From assembly GCF_006345805.1 (NCBI RefSeq), contig NC_043008.1, positions 42,780,001 to 42,844,000 on the forward strand: 64,000 bases of DNA, read 5' to 3'. Positions 13,380 through 25,654 of the stretch are shown here, piece after piece; the first letter of the stretch is position 1, and each line of letters begins with the position of its first letter. The DNA is from Octopus sinensis. Lineage: Eukaryota. The position numbers and the translations under genes are program-made. The notes beneath the pieces are model-generated. The model ran no database searches. It saw only the letters and a list, made by a program, of their open reading frames with translations, and had not been told where the DNA came from.

Positions 13380-14950
13380 ATGACTGATGGAGTTTTGTTA
13401 CTCTTACTCTGCAACTTGAACAAATTTATGGCGCGGTCTTTGTCGATCAAACGAAATAATCAATTGCCATTTATAGACATGTCTCTGCATTCTTTGTAGC
13501 GGTTATTATGGCCTAAAATATGAGGATTGACTGCATTTCAAATGCTGTAGTCAGTTGTTAAGAAAATATTTCGCTGCTACAGTGACCAGGTCGAGCGTCT
13601 CCATATAAACTGTTATTGCCGTTTGTTTTTGTTGCTTTGTTATAATGTTGTTAGCGTGGATGTTAATGGCAGTGTTCTGTCACAGACATACCATGTTTCA
13701 ACATCACCGACAGATTTTTTCTAATGCCTTGTGACGTTATTGAACAATATCTCGCCAATGGAGCATAGAGAGATTTAGTAAGTCAATAGACTGTCCGCCA
13801 CACAATACAGACAGCTTCACATATCTGTGTCAGTAAGTGGTAGCCGACCAACCTTAGTAGTTTTTCTAGTCTGTATTACGTCATTATTGCTGGACTCCAT
13901 ATTAGATGAAAACGCTTAGTTTTCCAGTGATCCTGTCTACCTAGTGGTAAATATATTCGATGTGTTGGTACAACGGAATGGTGCATAAGTGGCCTTTATT
14001 TCGGTAGTTCAAGAGTTGTCATGAAATTTTGACTTTAAAAATGATAAATGTTTGGAAATAAAGTTATTTTAATTTACGCTGCAAAATGACGCCGAGTTCG
14101 GGATTTGATCCTGCAATGACTCATTGCATTATAAAACTCTTTACGGTTAATTTTCCTTTTAAGAATCCCAATTAGTTAACTGTCGCTATTGCAATAATAC
14201 ACAGGAGGTATAACTTCCATTACGACAGTTTGTTCTTAGCAATCGGTCTCGCTTCGGAAAGTGTTGAAGGTAAACATAATCACAATTCACTGTTGCTTTT
14301 AAACTAACAGAACCAGCGAGGTATGACTATCATGATTTCACTTGATTCTTAAACAACATACTTGAGTAAGGTAACAGGAATTTACTTCAGCACCGCCATT
14401 TGTTGAGTATGTTACAGTCAAAGAAATGTTGATCTGGAAACGGATTGGTTTTAGACACCGACAGCATGATGAAAGACTATTTACTTGATTGCATAATAAA
14501 TAGGAATTCTAGAGGAAATTTAGGGTTAGTCAGAGACTGTGCTGTCATTATTGTCAGGTTTAAATAGAAAAGAGCTTTCCGTAGTTTTCTCAGGAAACGG
14601 AAAGAAATGGTGAGAATAAGTAAACATTCAATAGCAACAGGTTTCGAATCTTTGAGAGTTCAATTTTCAGAAAGAATGGTAAATTGGGATATCATTTACG
14701 TTCATTATAAATAAGTTTCCAGGGCTGTCATATTTCAGATAAGTAGCGTAGGATGCAGAGAATAGTAAATGGTATGTTGTGACAGTCATCCGTTTGCCAA
14801 TGGTAAGCGCTGTGTCTGTGAAATGAGACTAATGGAAATAAACCTGAAACTTGGTTCATCTCTCCGAAGCTGATTCTGGTGTAATATACTCAACACCCAC
14901 ATCCACAACTTACACCAGAGGGTCTTCTTCCTTCTTTCAACATGGCACCA
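13380..14950 (+). mobile_element. Probable highly degenerate hAT (Charlie-like) transposase fossil
   Basis: Collinear motif remnants across shifting frames: SLLLDS..DENA* (cf. FSLQLDESTD), THCII, TVNF, SLRKVLK (cf. RWLS.GKVL), PFA...CE. Many stops; termini not found. Confidence 0.4.
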
Positions 14951-16410
14951 CTCGAACAAATACCGAACATCAAGGTTTTATTTTAATTGCCAGATTGTAA
15001 TCTTTGTTTCTTAAGTCAAACTAAGCTTCATTCTCTGGAAACTTAATCCAGTCTAATCTATTTGATTTTTAATAAATTCTTAATTTTTTGTTCATTTATT
15101 AATTATATTTATTTATTATTTTTATGATAATTATATTTCAAAAAGTTAATCTTTCTTGTAAATATCCCATCTGAAAAGTAAATTTTTAAAAATTAAAATA
15201 AAGAATCTAAAAAATAGGTAAATTTATTTCCAAGACAAAAATTTTAACTAAAATGAATGCCATTTTCTCTTTCTCCTCTCATTTTAATTATTTTGCTTTC
15301 GTTATAATCTTCGTTTGGAAAAATCGACATTTTACCAAAACTCAAGCTAAAAGAAAGATCCTTTTCCCTACGCATTTAGTTTCCAGCAAATTCTTAAAAT
15401 ATGATGAAATTTTCTTCTTCTACACCCTAACTTGATTAGCTGAGGAGTAATGGAGTTGGTTGGTTGATAGGATAGTGAGTTGGTTCGTTCAGAAAAAAAA
15501 TCGTCTTAACAAGGAGTTACTGCGATTGTCAGTTGAATACTTTTATCAAACGCAGCTTATGGCAATTTAAAACTCCTTTTTTAAAAAATCCCTTTTCTAT
15601 AACACCAACATTCCAAAAAAGCTTAAAGTATTTAAAAGCAAACTTCTCCATCCCCGTCCTCATAGCCCCACCATCACCACCACCACCACAACCATTGTGT
15701 TGTGAATGCTGTGACATTCTATATGAAATTCTCGTCTGGTTACCTTTTGGTTGCAGCCGTTATTTTGCAAATGTTCTAAAGGAGACCCATCTATTTCTGC
15801 TTTCTCAGACGACCTGTCAAGCTATTGAGCACAGACCGCTCCCGCATACCAAAAGGAAGAACATTTTTAAAATCTCCACATTTTACACGTGAGGCAGTAA
15901 TTATTGTGAATTATCAACAACCATTTCTGTAATTACACGCTTCCAAATGTAGAATATTGTGCAAACAAACGTTAGCTTAAATATCAAGTATTATACCTAT
16001 CAGCAACAGACTTTGTTTTCTCGCTTATAATACAGTAAGAGGGTCTTAAATATTTGGTCATTGCCAATACATTCAGATCCTGGTTGATCCTCATTAACAA
16101 CGAGGTTAAACGTCTCTCAAATAACCAACAGCACGTAGATATAATTAGAAAAGAGAAAATGATTTCCACTTGCGTCTAGACAATTGTTTTAATGAAGACA
16201 CAATCCCAGAAATGTTGACGGAAGGATTTAATGGATTACAAGGAATCCAGTATTTGACTGGCGCAATATTTTATTGTCTCTGAAGGCTTGAGAAGAAGTT
16301 AAGAACTAGTGCAGTTATCCCTTAGGAACAGACGCTGAGGTTCAATTAATGGACAACAGAGTATAGCAGAATACGTAGTGCTGCGTATGAGTTATTCTGT
16401 GGGTAAAACA

Positions 16411-16793
16411 GGCGCAGGTATGGCTGTGTGGTAAGAAGCTCGCTTCCCAACCACATGGTTCCGGGTTCAGTCCCACAATGTGGCACCTTGGGAAGGTGTC
16501 TTCTACTATATAGCTTCGGGCAGACCAATGTCTTGTGACTGGATTTGGGAGGCAGAAACTGAAAGAAGCCCGTCGTATGTGTGTCTATGTGCTTGTTCCC
16601 CACCATCGCTTGACAACCGATGTTGGTGTGTTTACGTCCCCGTAACATAGCGGTTCAGCAAAAAGTGGCCGACAGAATAAGTACTAGGCTTACAAGGAAT
16701 AAGTCCTGGGGCCGAATTGTTCAACTAAAGGCGGTGCCCCAGCATGGCCGCAGTCAAATGACTTAAACAAATAATAGAATTAAAGAATAAAAA
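16411..16793 (+). mobile_element. tRNA-derived SINE family B, near full length
   Basis: Head ggcgcagg.tggctgtgtggtaag (A box) and gggttcagtccc (B box), body ...gaaactgaaagaagcccgtcg, internal TG tract, tail ...cagcatggccgcagtcaaatgac plus A-rich end; other copies in window. Confidence 0.9.
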
Positions 16794-16895
16794 GGTATTT
16801 AGTTGTAACCCATTATGAGTTCAAATCCAGTCACAGACACAAAATCATTATATAACGATGTTAGGCTATAAATAGACACAATATGAAAGAAATAA

Positions 16896-16978
16896 TACTG
16901 GATGTTCAAAAGGTCTCTTCGCATTAAGTATTTTACTGCAAAATATTCCCTGCGGAGAGACCTTTTGAACACCCTGTA
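16896..16978. mobile_element. 83-bp Tc1/mariner-type mini-MITE
   Basis: 28-bp inverted termini incl. TA (tactggatgttcaaaaggtctcttcgca / tgcggagagaccttttgaacaccctgta, 3 mismatches) around a 27-bp core. Confidence 0.7.
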
Positions 16979-16994
16979 GTTTCAAGTTTAGCAG

Positions 16995-17180
16995 AAGACC
17001 GGTCATATTGGGTGGAGTGGGGTGGTTAAGGCGATTACGTCGATCCACATAAGTTTTCGGTCCCGAAAGGCTGAAAGGGAAGGTTGACCTCGGCGAAAAT
17101 TAATTCAGTAAGAAAACACGGATGAAATACCGCTAAACATTTTATCCGCCGCGCTAATGATCATGTGGGTTCCCTGTCTT
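16995..17180 (-). mobile_element. SINE family A, degenerate copy
   Basis: Reverse-complement similarity to 50623 copy (cccgaaaggctgaaagg..gacctcggcg..gaaataccgctaa). Confidence 0.75.
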
Positions 17181-17675
17181 ATATTAAAGAAGTTTCGTTA
17201 AAAAATCTCGATCAAGAAAACAAAAAGAACAAAAAGCAGTACAACGAGAGGAATGGATAACTAGAAATAGCAACTAACTATCACCTCATGTTCTTACCCC
17301 CATCGATATGTCTTGAAGGTACAGAAAATAATGTGATTGTAGATACGCCCAAGAGGTTTTCGTTATAGATTGCTTCAATCAAGACCAATGTGGGGCTGAA
17401 CAACGACAATCACAACAATAAATAAATTGCAGCAACCACAACAACAACAGCATTAGCAACAACAACAAAAGATGTAGCCGGAACAACACACCTCATTTTA
17501 ATGAAATGGGAATAATTAATCAATTAATTAATTATGGTGTTGTCTATTACAGATATCTAAGACAGATAAAATAAATTAATTCAGAAAATAATCAAAAAAT
17601 GCCTGAACACACACACACACACACACATCTATATCTGTATATATCTGTCTGTCTGTCTCTGTCTCTGTCTCTCTG

Positions 17676-17717
<42 letters not shown>

Positions 17718-18010
17718 AAGTGAGAGAGAGGGAAAATAGATAGATAGATAGATAGATAGAAAGATGTGGGTGGTGCGAAAGTGAGAGACACCATATTTGA
17801 ATGACGTTTATCTGTGCTGTTGTGTCTGGTGTCGTGACTGACGATCGTTCAGTCTGTCTCTACATTTATTATTACTAAACATTTAGTTTAATCTTGCTCT
17901 AAGACTAGTTCAATGCGTACAGGTTTTACTACGAGTATGTTATATATTATATATATATATATTGAACGGTTAACACCACACCCAACACACACGCACACAC
18001 AACACCCGCA

Positions 18011-18239
18011 GAAATACTTATTTCTTTATTACCCACAAGGGGCTAAACATAGAGGGGACAAACAAGGACATACATAGGTATTAAGTCGATTACATCGACC
18101 CCAGTGCGTAACTGGTACTTAATTTATCGACCCCGAAAGGATGAAAGGCAAAGTCGACCTCGGCGGAATTTGAACTAAGAACGTAGCGGCAGACAAAATA
18201 CCGCTCAGCATTTCGTCCGGCGCACTAACGTTTCTGCCA
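18011..18239 (-). mobile_element. SINE family A, well-preserved copy
   Basis: Close reverse complement of 50635-50862. Confidence 0.92.
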
Positions 18240-18419
18240 CCAATCGCATGCACACCCATGTACTCAATTAGTGCCACACACACACACATACACACACACA
18301 TGCACATACCCAAGCATACACACATATACATCAGTCTCTTACACTGTCTTGTCTTAGAAAGAACTTTTTCTTCGTCCATCCTCTCTCCGTCATTCCAAAA
18401 TGTAACTAAAGGTAGACCG

Positions 18420-18592
18420 TTGGCGATTATTTTCTTCCCTCTCCCTCTTCTCTTGGACTTCCCTCTGTCTCCGGTTTCTGAAGAAGAGCTTTGCTCGAAA
18501 CATAAAGCACACTTTCTTTCCTTTCCTCAGCATCTCATTAATACTTTGCATGTACTACGTCCTCACGGATTTTTCTTTTGTTTTCCTTCGTT
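18420..18592 (+). mobile_element. Short pLTR-like repeat with hammerhead motif (family H1)
   Basis: gttt/CTGAAGA/a-gagc-ttt-gctc/GAAA-ca-TA/aagc at 18474-18508; homologous copy at 26183-26316 (minus). Confidence 0.65.
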
Positions 18593-18854
18593 TTATATAT
18601 ACATAGTATATATATATATATATACTATATTATTATATATATAATATTATTATACATGGATATGGATATATTCATATCTTTTTATGTATCAACCTATATA
18701 TGAAGGGGTGCTGAAAAGTTCGTGCCGATTTATAGTAGCTTACATTCGACATATTTAGAACATAGTTGAGTTCTAAAATATATATGCATACACACACACC
18801 ACACACACACACATACATACATATATAATATATATATATATATATTATTATATA

Positions 18855-18917
<63 letters not shown>

Positions 18918-18949
18918 GGAGGTCTGATCAATAAGTATCCAGACTGTTG

Positions 18950-19715
18950 CCTAATTCTGGTAGAAATAAAATAAAGGAGAATATTATACGGTTAATATTC
19001 TCCTTCGCTGATCAAGTAAAAACAAACTTAATTAACATCATAAGTCGGATAATAAAAAAACACTTGTCTCGTAGTAGACATTTTAGATTTGGTCATTCTG
19101 TTTCCTTTAATTTGTTTAGATGCATATCTTCTATTAATTATGCTAAATTAGATAACTTTTACGCTAAACGTAAACTTAATATTCCCAATAATTAAAAAAT
19201 GCATAATATAACAGTTATAGCTAAGTCAGGATATCCTAGTAATAATAATCAAAGGGAACCTACTGCCCATATCCCACCTGGTAACTATAGTAATAATCTT
19301 AGTAAGTTCTGTGATTGTAGGGTTAAAGAGCAATGTAAATTTAATAATAATTGCAAACGGAAGAATTTAGTTGACCAAGATATAATTGAAGCTGAAGGTA
19401 AACTTGTTTTCTAGATTGGTTCTACGGAATCATTTATAGAACTTAGATTGGCCAACCAGAGATATTCTTTTAGAAACTCCAATAAACGTTCTTCAACTAA
19501 ACTTAGTAAATTCATCTGGAAACTAAAAGACAGTAATATAAGTTATAAAATTAGATGGAAGTTAATATGTTCTTCAAAATCTTACCATCCACCCAATAGA
19601 AATTGTCAATTTTGCACGTCGGAGCGCTATAATATCATCTAGCAACAAAACTTAAACGACAGAGTTGAAAAATTCTCGCCTCGCCTACGCGCTCTTAAAT
19701 ATATGTTTTTATAAA
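18950..19715 (+). mobile_element. Penelope-like element (probably Naiad-type): linker, Cys-rich motif and GIY-YIG endonuclease, disrupted
   Basis: CDCRVKEQCKFNNNC...VF*IGSTESFIELRLANQRYSFRNSNKRSSTKLSKFIWKLKD...IRWKLI...CQFCTSERYNII*...LNDRVE matches the PLE pattern CNCR...C....C / YIG.T...F..R..NH..SF / T.LS.YIW.LK / C.LC..EK / LN.R.E. Confidence 0.85.
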
Positions 19716-20499
19716 CAACATTAATCGTTTTTGAATTACTGATATCACTAATTGTTAGGTTCCTTATTTAACATTAATATTTTTACTAAATTTGAAACTG
19801 AATTAATTTAATCCTTTTTAGAACCAGCCATTATATCTATATTTTTTATAGAATATAACATATATAATATCTTGCCTAATTATACTTATTCCAAACATAT
19901 GCATAATATATGTAAATGGTTATATTCCCACACTCATTCAATCTTATTTCTTTCGTAATATATGTAAATAATATCTCCCTACCAATAAAGTTCTTGCATA
20001 TTCGTTATTTCTTTCTTACTTTTCCAGAATAAATATTATTATAATTCATATTTGTATAGTTATCTTTAAATATCAATACTCGGTTTAACTACTAAATAGT
20101 CCTAATCTACCATAGCAAAAAATCGATCATAAATTATAAATATAAATACTCCGTTTTCCTTCATATTACGTAATACGCTATTCCTAATTCTAATGAAATA
20201 AACTCCAATCTACTTATCTATTTAGTTAATAATTAATAATTAATAATTGCAAATATGTTAAGCTATATTATAATAAATAACCAAATGTATCCTTCCCTAT
20301 ATTCTACTACATTTTATTTCACTGTATATTTTTATTTGTTCACTTCACCCTCTCGTTCAATTTTTTTCACCTGACTTTTTAATTGATCAGTTCTAAATGT
20401 TAAACTTCCCATAACATAACCCCAACAACTTAACCTTTCTGAGAGTAAATATAAAAATAAATTTAATGAATATATACCTTAGAGTGTGAGTGTATTTAA

Positions 20500-20542
<43 letters not shown>

Positions 20543-20737
20543 TGAGTGTGTGTGTGTAGGTATATATTTTGTGTTAATATAAGCATGTGTGCGGGCGTGT
20601 GTTCGTATATGTATATATGTATATACATAAATATATATGTATATATATATGTTTATATGTATGTATGTTTGTGCGAATGCGTAAACACATAGATGTGAAT
20701 ATATATATCGATGACGAAGAGTTTACATCTAAGCATG

Positions 20738-20904
20738 GTACTTATTCTATCGGTCACTTGCCGAACTGCTAAGTTACGTGGACGCAAACAAACCAGCGTC
20801 GGTTGTCAAACGATGGTGGGGGGAACAGACATACAAACACACACATACATATGCATATACATATATATTCGACGGGCTTCTTTCAGTTTCCGTCTATTAA
20901 ATCC
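20738..20904 (-). mobile_element. SINE family B, partial
   Basis: Reverse complement of ~16540-16685 including cgacgggcttctttcagtttcc. Confidence 0.85.
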
Positions 20905-21060
20905 GTATATATAGATATATATAGATAATATATATATATATATTACATAAATATATATATACATATATATGTGTATATATACATACATATGTATATATAT
21001 ATATATATATCATCTCTGAATGAAATATAAATAGTATCAGTACGGCACTGTAACATATAT

Positions 21061-21192
21061 TTGTCAACTAAGTGTGGCGTCCTATACAGGACTGTGCTTC
21101 TAATTTTTATGGTCCCAGAAAAACATCATCTCCAGCTAGCTATAAACATCAGTAGCAATGTCCTGTATAGAACACCACACTTAGTTGGCGAA
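21061..21192. repeat. Inverted repeat, ~50-bp arms
   Basis: ttgtcaactaagtgtggcgtcctatacaggac... pairs with ...gtcctgtatagaacaccacacttagttggcgaa. Confidence 0.85.
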
Positions 21193-21714
21193 GGTAAAAT
21201 GCATACACATAGATAAATGATAGGAAGACATAGTAAGAGAAAGAGAGAGACAGAGACAGACTTAAAATAGTTACACGATTTATAAGAAAAACTATAGAAA
21301 GTCACTTCGCCAGAAAGACATCACAGGAATATGAGGCAGGCTGCTGTTGGTGCACACACCGATGCACCTATATTCCCACATGCAACAGCGTTCACATTAT
21401 TAGATAAATATGAAGACAAAGAGAGGGAGAGTCTCTCTCTTTGTCTATAGGTAATATATCAGTAAGAATAAGTCTATTTAGTCGAATACATTACACGTAA
21501 GCAAATATAAGAGTAAAAAGAATCGATTGAAATGCAATAAGTGACTGCACCCATGTGCAGTTATATGGTACCTGCAACTGATATGAGTGCATCCTACATT
21601 AAAGTAATTTATGAGTGTGTATTGTATTTAGAGCTCTGTCTGACGTTTCTGTAGTTTTTTTTCTTCTTCTGCTGTGTACCTATTTAATTATGTCTCTATT
21701 GTTTTTCTGTTATC

Positions 21715-21762
21715 ATATATGTATGTGTGCGTATGCATGTGTATTCAAATATATATAAATAC

Positions 21763-21843
<81 letters not shown>

Positions 21844-21903
21844 CTATATGTATTTCTCTCTCTTACTCTGCATGTATGTATATGTATGCATGTATATATA
21901 TAT

Positions 21904-21979
<76 letters not shown>

Positions 21980-22029
21980 ATATATAATGTATATATATAT
22001 GTATATATATATTTATATATATATATTAC

Positions 22030-22075
<46 letters not shown>

Positions 22076-22277
22076 ATGTATATGTATATATATATATAGA
22101 TATATATATATATATATATATATAGATACTATAATGCATGCATACATATACATACATGCAGAGTAAGAGAGAGATACATATAGCTGTATATATATTATAT
22201 ACAACCTCTAATTATATATATACATGTATGTATGTATGCATTTGTGTGTACGTATATATATATATATATCTATATAT

Positions 22278-22328
<51 letters not shown>

Positions 22329-22392
22329 CAAAGATAGAAAGATAGACAGAAAAAGATAAATAGATGAATGAATGTGTACATAAAGAAATATA

Positions 22393-22430
<38 letters not shown>

Positions 22431-22470
22431 TTGTACATATCTGCGTATATATACATGTGTATAGTTATGT
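21715..22470. repeat. Long (TA)n-rich compound microsatellite with a (GA)n block
   Basis: Direct tandem repeats. Confidence 0.95.
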
Positions 22471-22800
22471 ATAGGTGCACATGTATATTTACGCGTTTGC
22501 GTGTAGATATGAGAACAGAAAAAATGAAACTAGTGCTCTACTATCGAATGCTCACTGCCGAATCCGTTTCAGTCCATTTAAGTAAGAGAACGTCTTATGA
22601 TCCCTTAAGAGATATTAGTAGCAGCTATCAGGCAGTTGTAGACACCATAGTTCTTTCAAACATAAACTTTATGCTGAGTGCCTCAGGGACCATTTCTGTT
22701 TCTAGTGGGTCTGTCATATATGCTCAATCATACAGACGGTTACTCCCACTGACAATGGAGAAGATACGAAAGTATTACAGTAAATATAGAAAGCTCGTGG

Positions 22801-23088
22801 TATTGGGTTGTCCGGAAAGTTTGTGCCGATTTTTAAAGGAAGTAAAAAGGTCAATAAATACTTGCCATTACATTTTTAATCAACCAAATATGAAACATTT
22901 TGTTGCACAATGCGTCTCCATCTTTCCTTTAACTTGAATATACCCTCTTCCCAAAACTGAGGTGGTTTCATGGCAAAACATTCATCAAGGTATCTTTTTA
23001 CGTCATCCAAGGATTTGAAATTTTTACAATTAAGACTTTTCTGGAGAGACCTGAAAAAGTGGAAATCCGAAGGAGCAATATCTGGTGA
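22801..23088 (-). mobile_element. mariner transposon 3' end (transposase C-terminus plus TIR)
   Basis: Minus strand SPDIAPSDFHFFRSLQKSLNCKNFKSLDDVKRYLDECFAMKPPQFWEEGIFKLKERWRRIVQQNVSYLVD* (mariner YSPDLAPSD motif, stop 22876-22878); terminus tattgggttgtccggaaagt with TA. Confidence 0.93.
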
Positions 23089-23158
23089 AACTTATTTCTG
23101 CAAAGGTGCCAAGCACTGACGCTGATCATAATTTAATCATTAAGCATAGGAGCGAGGT

Positions 23159-23569
23159 AAATGCAGTAAAAATAGGGTGGGGGTCAATGGGGGCTCCATT
23201 TAAGCGACCCTTCAGGAATTGAACCTCCTTACGGTACTCTCTGAGAGATCAAGGTATGAAATTCATTGTAATTGCTCCGATTTGGTGGCCAATGCCATGT
23301 ATTTAGCTTAAAATGCAGAAAAGATTAGGAGGGGTGAGTGGAGCCCCAATTGTCATTGCACCAACAGTCTAGGAGCAGTTAATGAATATAAAAACATAAT
23401 TGGGGCTCCATTCACCCCCAATCCTAATCTTTACTGCATTTTAAGCTAAATACATGGCATTGACCACCAAATCGGAGCAATTACAATGAATTTCATACCA
23501 TGACCTCTCAGAGAGTATCGTAAGGAGGTTCAATTTCTGAAGCGGGGCGTTTAAATGGGGCCCACTGAC
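23159..23569. repeat. Fold-back of a ~152-bp unit, abutting the assembly gap
   Basis: Arms 23183-23351 and 23398-23569 are reverse complements with a 46-bp spacer; the aaatgcag...ggg...cc motif recurs at 23159 and 23311. Confidence 0.88.
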
Positions 23570-23669
23570 NNNNNNNNNNNNNNNNNNNNNNNNNNNNNNN
23601 NNNNNNNNNNNNNNNNNNNNNNNNNNNNNNNNNNNNNNNNNNNNNNNNNNNNNNNNNNNNNNNNNNNNN
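23570..23669. other. Assembly gap (100 N)
   Basis: Exactly 100 N, the usual placeholder for a gap of unknown size. Confidence 0.99.
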
Positions 23670-23789
23670 CCATACCATTGCTCTCTAGATAGATATCAGG
23701 ACATTAACATCAATAACCCAAACGCTATGATGTTGTTGTCGTTGTTGTTGTTGTTCAGTTTTATTTTTATTAATATTTCATCAAGTATT

Positions 23790-23941
23790 GTCTCATTTCA
23801 CCATCACCGCCACCGCCACCACAATTACTACTACTACTACTACAACTACTACTACTACTCCTGCTGCTTCTACTATTACAACTGGTACCACCGCTACTAC
23901 TACTACTACTACTACTACTACTATTACTGCTATTGCTATTG

Positions 23942-23986
<45 letters not shown>

Positions 23987-24345
23987 GTACCGCCAAAACC
24001 ACCAACACTACCACCACCACCAGCACAACAACCACCAGCACGACCACCACCGCCACCGCCATTCCCTCAGTCAGCTCTAATCGATATTGACCATTTGGTT
24101 TTAATTAATTTCTTCCTAACAACATCACCTCCAGCACAAGCAGCAGCAGAACCACCACCACCACCACCAACCACAACCACCACCAACAACAACAACCACC
24201 AGCATCACCAGCATCACTCCCACCACCACTATCACCACCACCACCACCCCACCACCAACCACCAGCATCATCAGCATCATCACAACCACCACCATCACTA
24301 CCACCACAACCACCACCATCACCGCCACCACCACCACCATCAATA
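23790..24345. repeat. (ACT)n/(ACC)n/(CAT)n low-complexity tract
   Basis: Trinucleotide arrays. Confidence 0.95.
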
Positions 24346-24349
24346 ACTG

Positions 24350-24500
24350 GGTATGTATGTTTTATGCATATATTCTCATGCGTATAGTTGCATATCTAGA
24401 CATGCTCATCATATATATTTAAATGATAAACTTCTGCAAAGTTTTACAGATTTTTACAGTTCCAGTGATGGATTCCATCTGTATTCTTCGTATTAGCTTA
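24350..24500 (-). mobile_element. RLE (R4-like) retrotransposon, CATA family, short fragment
   Basis: KLIRRIQMESITGTVKICKTLQKFII* plus 3' UTR homologous to 30340-30490. Confidence 0.85.
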
Positions 24501-24813
24501 TGGAGCGATGGCTGCAAGGATGTACCTTCTCTTTCATTTATTTCTTGAAATTCTTCCCTAGAAGCGAGCAGTTGATCTCTAACAAAGAAACAAACCTGAA
24601 ATTTAGAGAACAACCGTGATAAATGTCAGCCATTCCACCTTAGGCCAGCCTTGCATGTTTGTATTCTTCCGCTTACAGATTCTGTTTGCGATGTGCGTTT
24701 TCTTTACCTCTTTTCTATCGGTTACTTTTGCCTGTCGTTGATGACAAACACATTTTATCATTCAGACACCGAATACAAATGATCTAATATATATATATAT
24801 ATATACATATAAA

Positions 24814-25020
24814 TGTGGTAAGTAGCTTACTTACCAACCACATGGTCCCGGGTTCAGTCCCACTGCGTAGCATCTTGGGCAAGTGTCTTCTACTATAGCC
24901 TTAGACCGACCAAAGCCTTGTCAGTGGATTTGGTAGACAGAAACTGAAAGAAGCCCGTCGTATATATATATATAAGTATGGATGTGTGTGTATGTTTTTG
25001 TGTGTGTGTGTATTTGTCCC
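24814..25020 (+). mobile_element. SINE family B, 5' half
   Basis: Matches ~16426-16600. Confidence 0.9.
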
Positions 25021-25464
25021 TCAACTTATAAATAATTATATATATATATGTTTATATATATGTATATATATGTAATATATATATATATATATATATATAA
25101 ACGTACATACATAGATGTATACACAAACGCGCACACACGCACGTATACACACATATTGGAATATAGGTCACCAGACACAAATAAAGCTACAAATAACGGC
25201 CTGTAAATATTCAGCTGAAAACCCATTTGGGAAAGAAGTCGAACTCTGCCCGTAAGTGACGAAGCCACATCTCTAAAAGACTTTTTCGACTCCCGAAAGT
25301 TTTATAAAATTTCTTATGACGTCATCTACATATACATGGTGGACTCTCCCGTCGCAGATGACGTACGAGCGTTCAGCTCTTGCCGAATGACCTGCCTGCA
25401 CAAATGACTTGTTTATAAGGATCAAATGTATGTGCCACGAATATATATATTATCGGTTCTATTC

Positions 25465-25613
25465 TAGCAAAAACTGTCCGATGAACGGCAACGGGAAACT
25501 CAGAGTAACAGGTTTTGTTGAATTTTCTGCTGCTTTAAATAAAGCATATTACTCTACCACTGGTATTTGAGTACTCTTTTTTCCACCTTGTTTCACATTT
25601 ATGTGTTTACCCC

Positions 25614-25620
<7 letters not shown>
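25465..25620 (+). mobile_element. Short pLTR-like repeat with hammerhead motif (family H2)
   Basis: ctgt/CCGATGA/acg-gcaa-cgg/GAAA-ctcagag-TA/acag at 25474-25511; tail homologous to 33420-33557 (minus); ends in (TA)n. Confidence 0.65.

Positions 25621-25654
<34 letters not shown>

Noticed and set aside
15700-16170. Possible second hAT remnant on the minus strand
   Set aside because: Only one or two very weak motifs.
18950-19715. Selenocysteine recoding, as reported for some Naiad elements
   Set aside because: The interrupting stops seen are TAA/TAG, not TGA, and no SECIS was recognised.
22368-22937. 189-aa ORF
   Set aside because: Composite of a TA repeat, unrecognisable sequence and the antisense strand of the mariner end.
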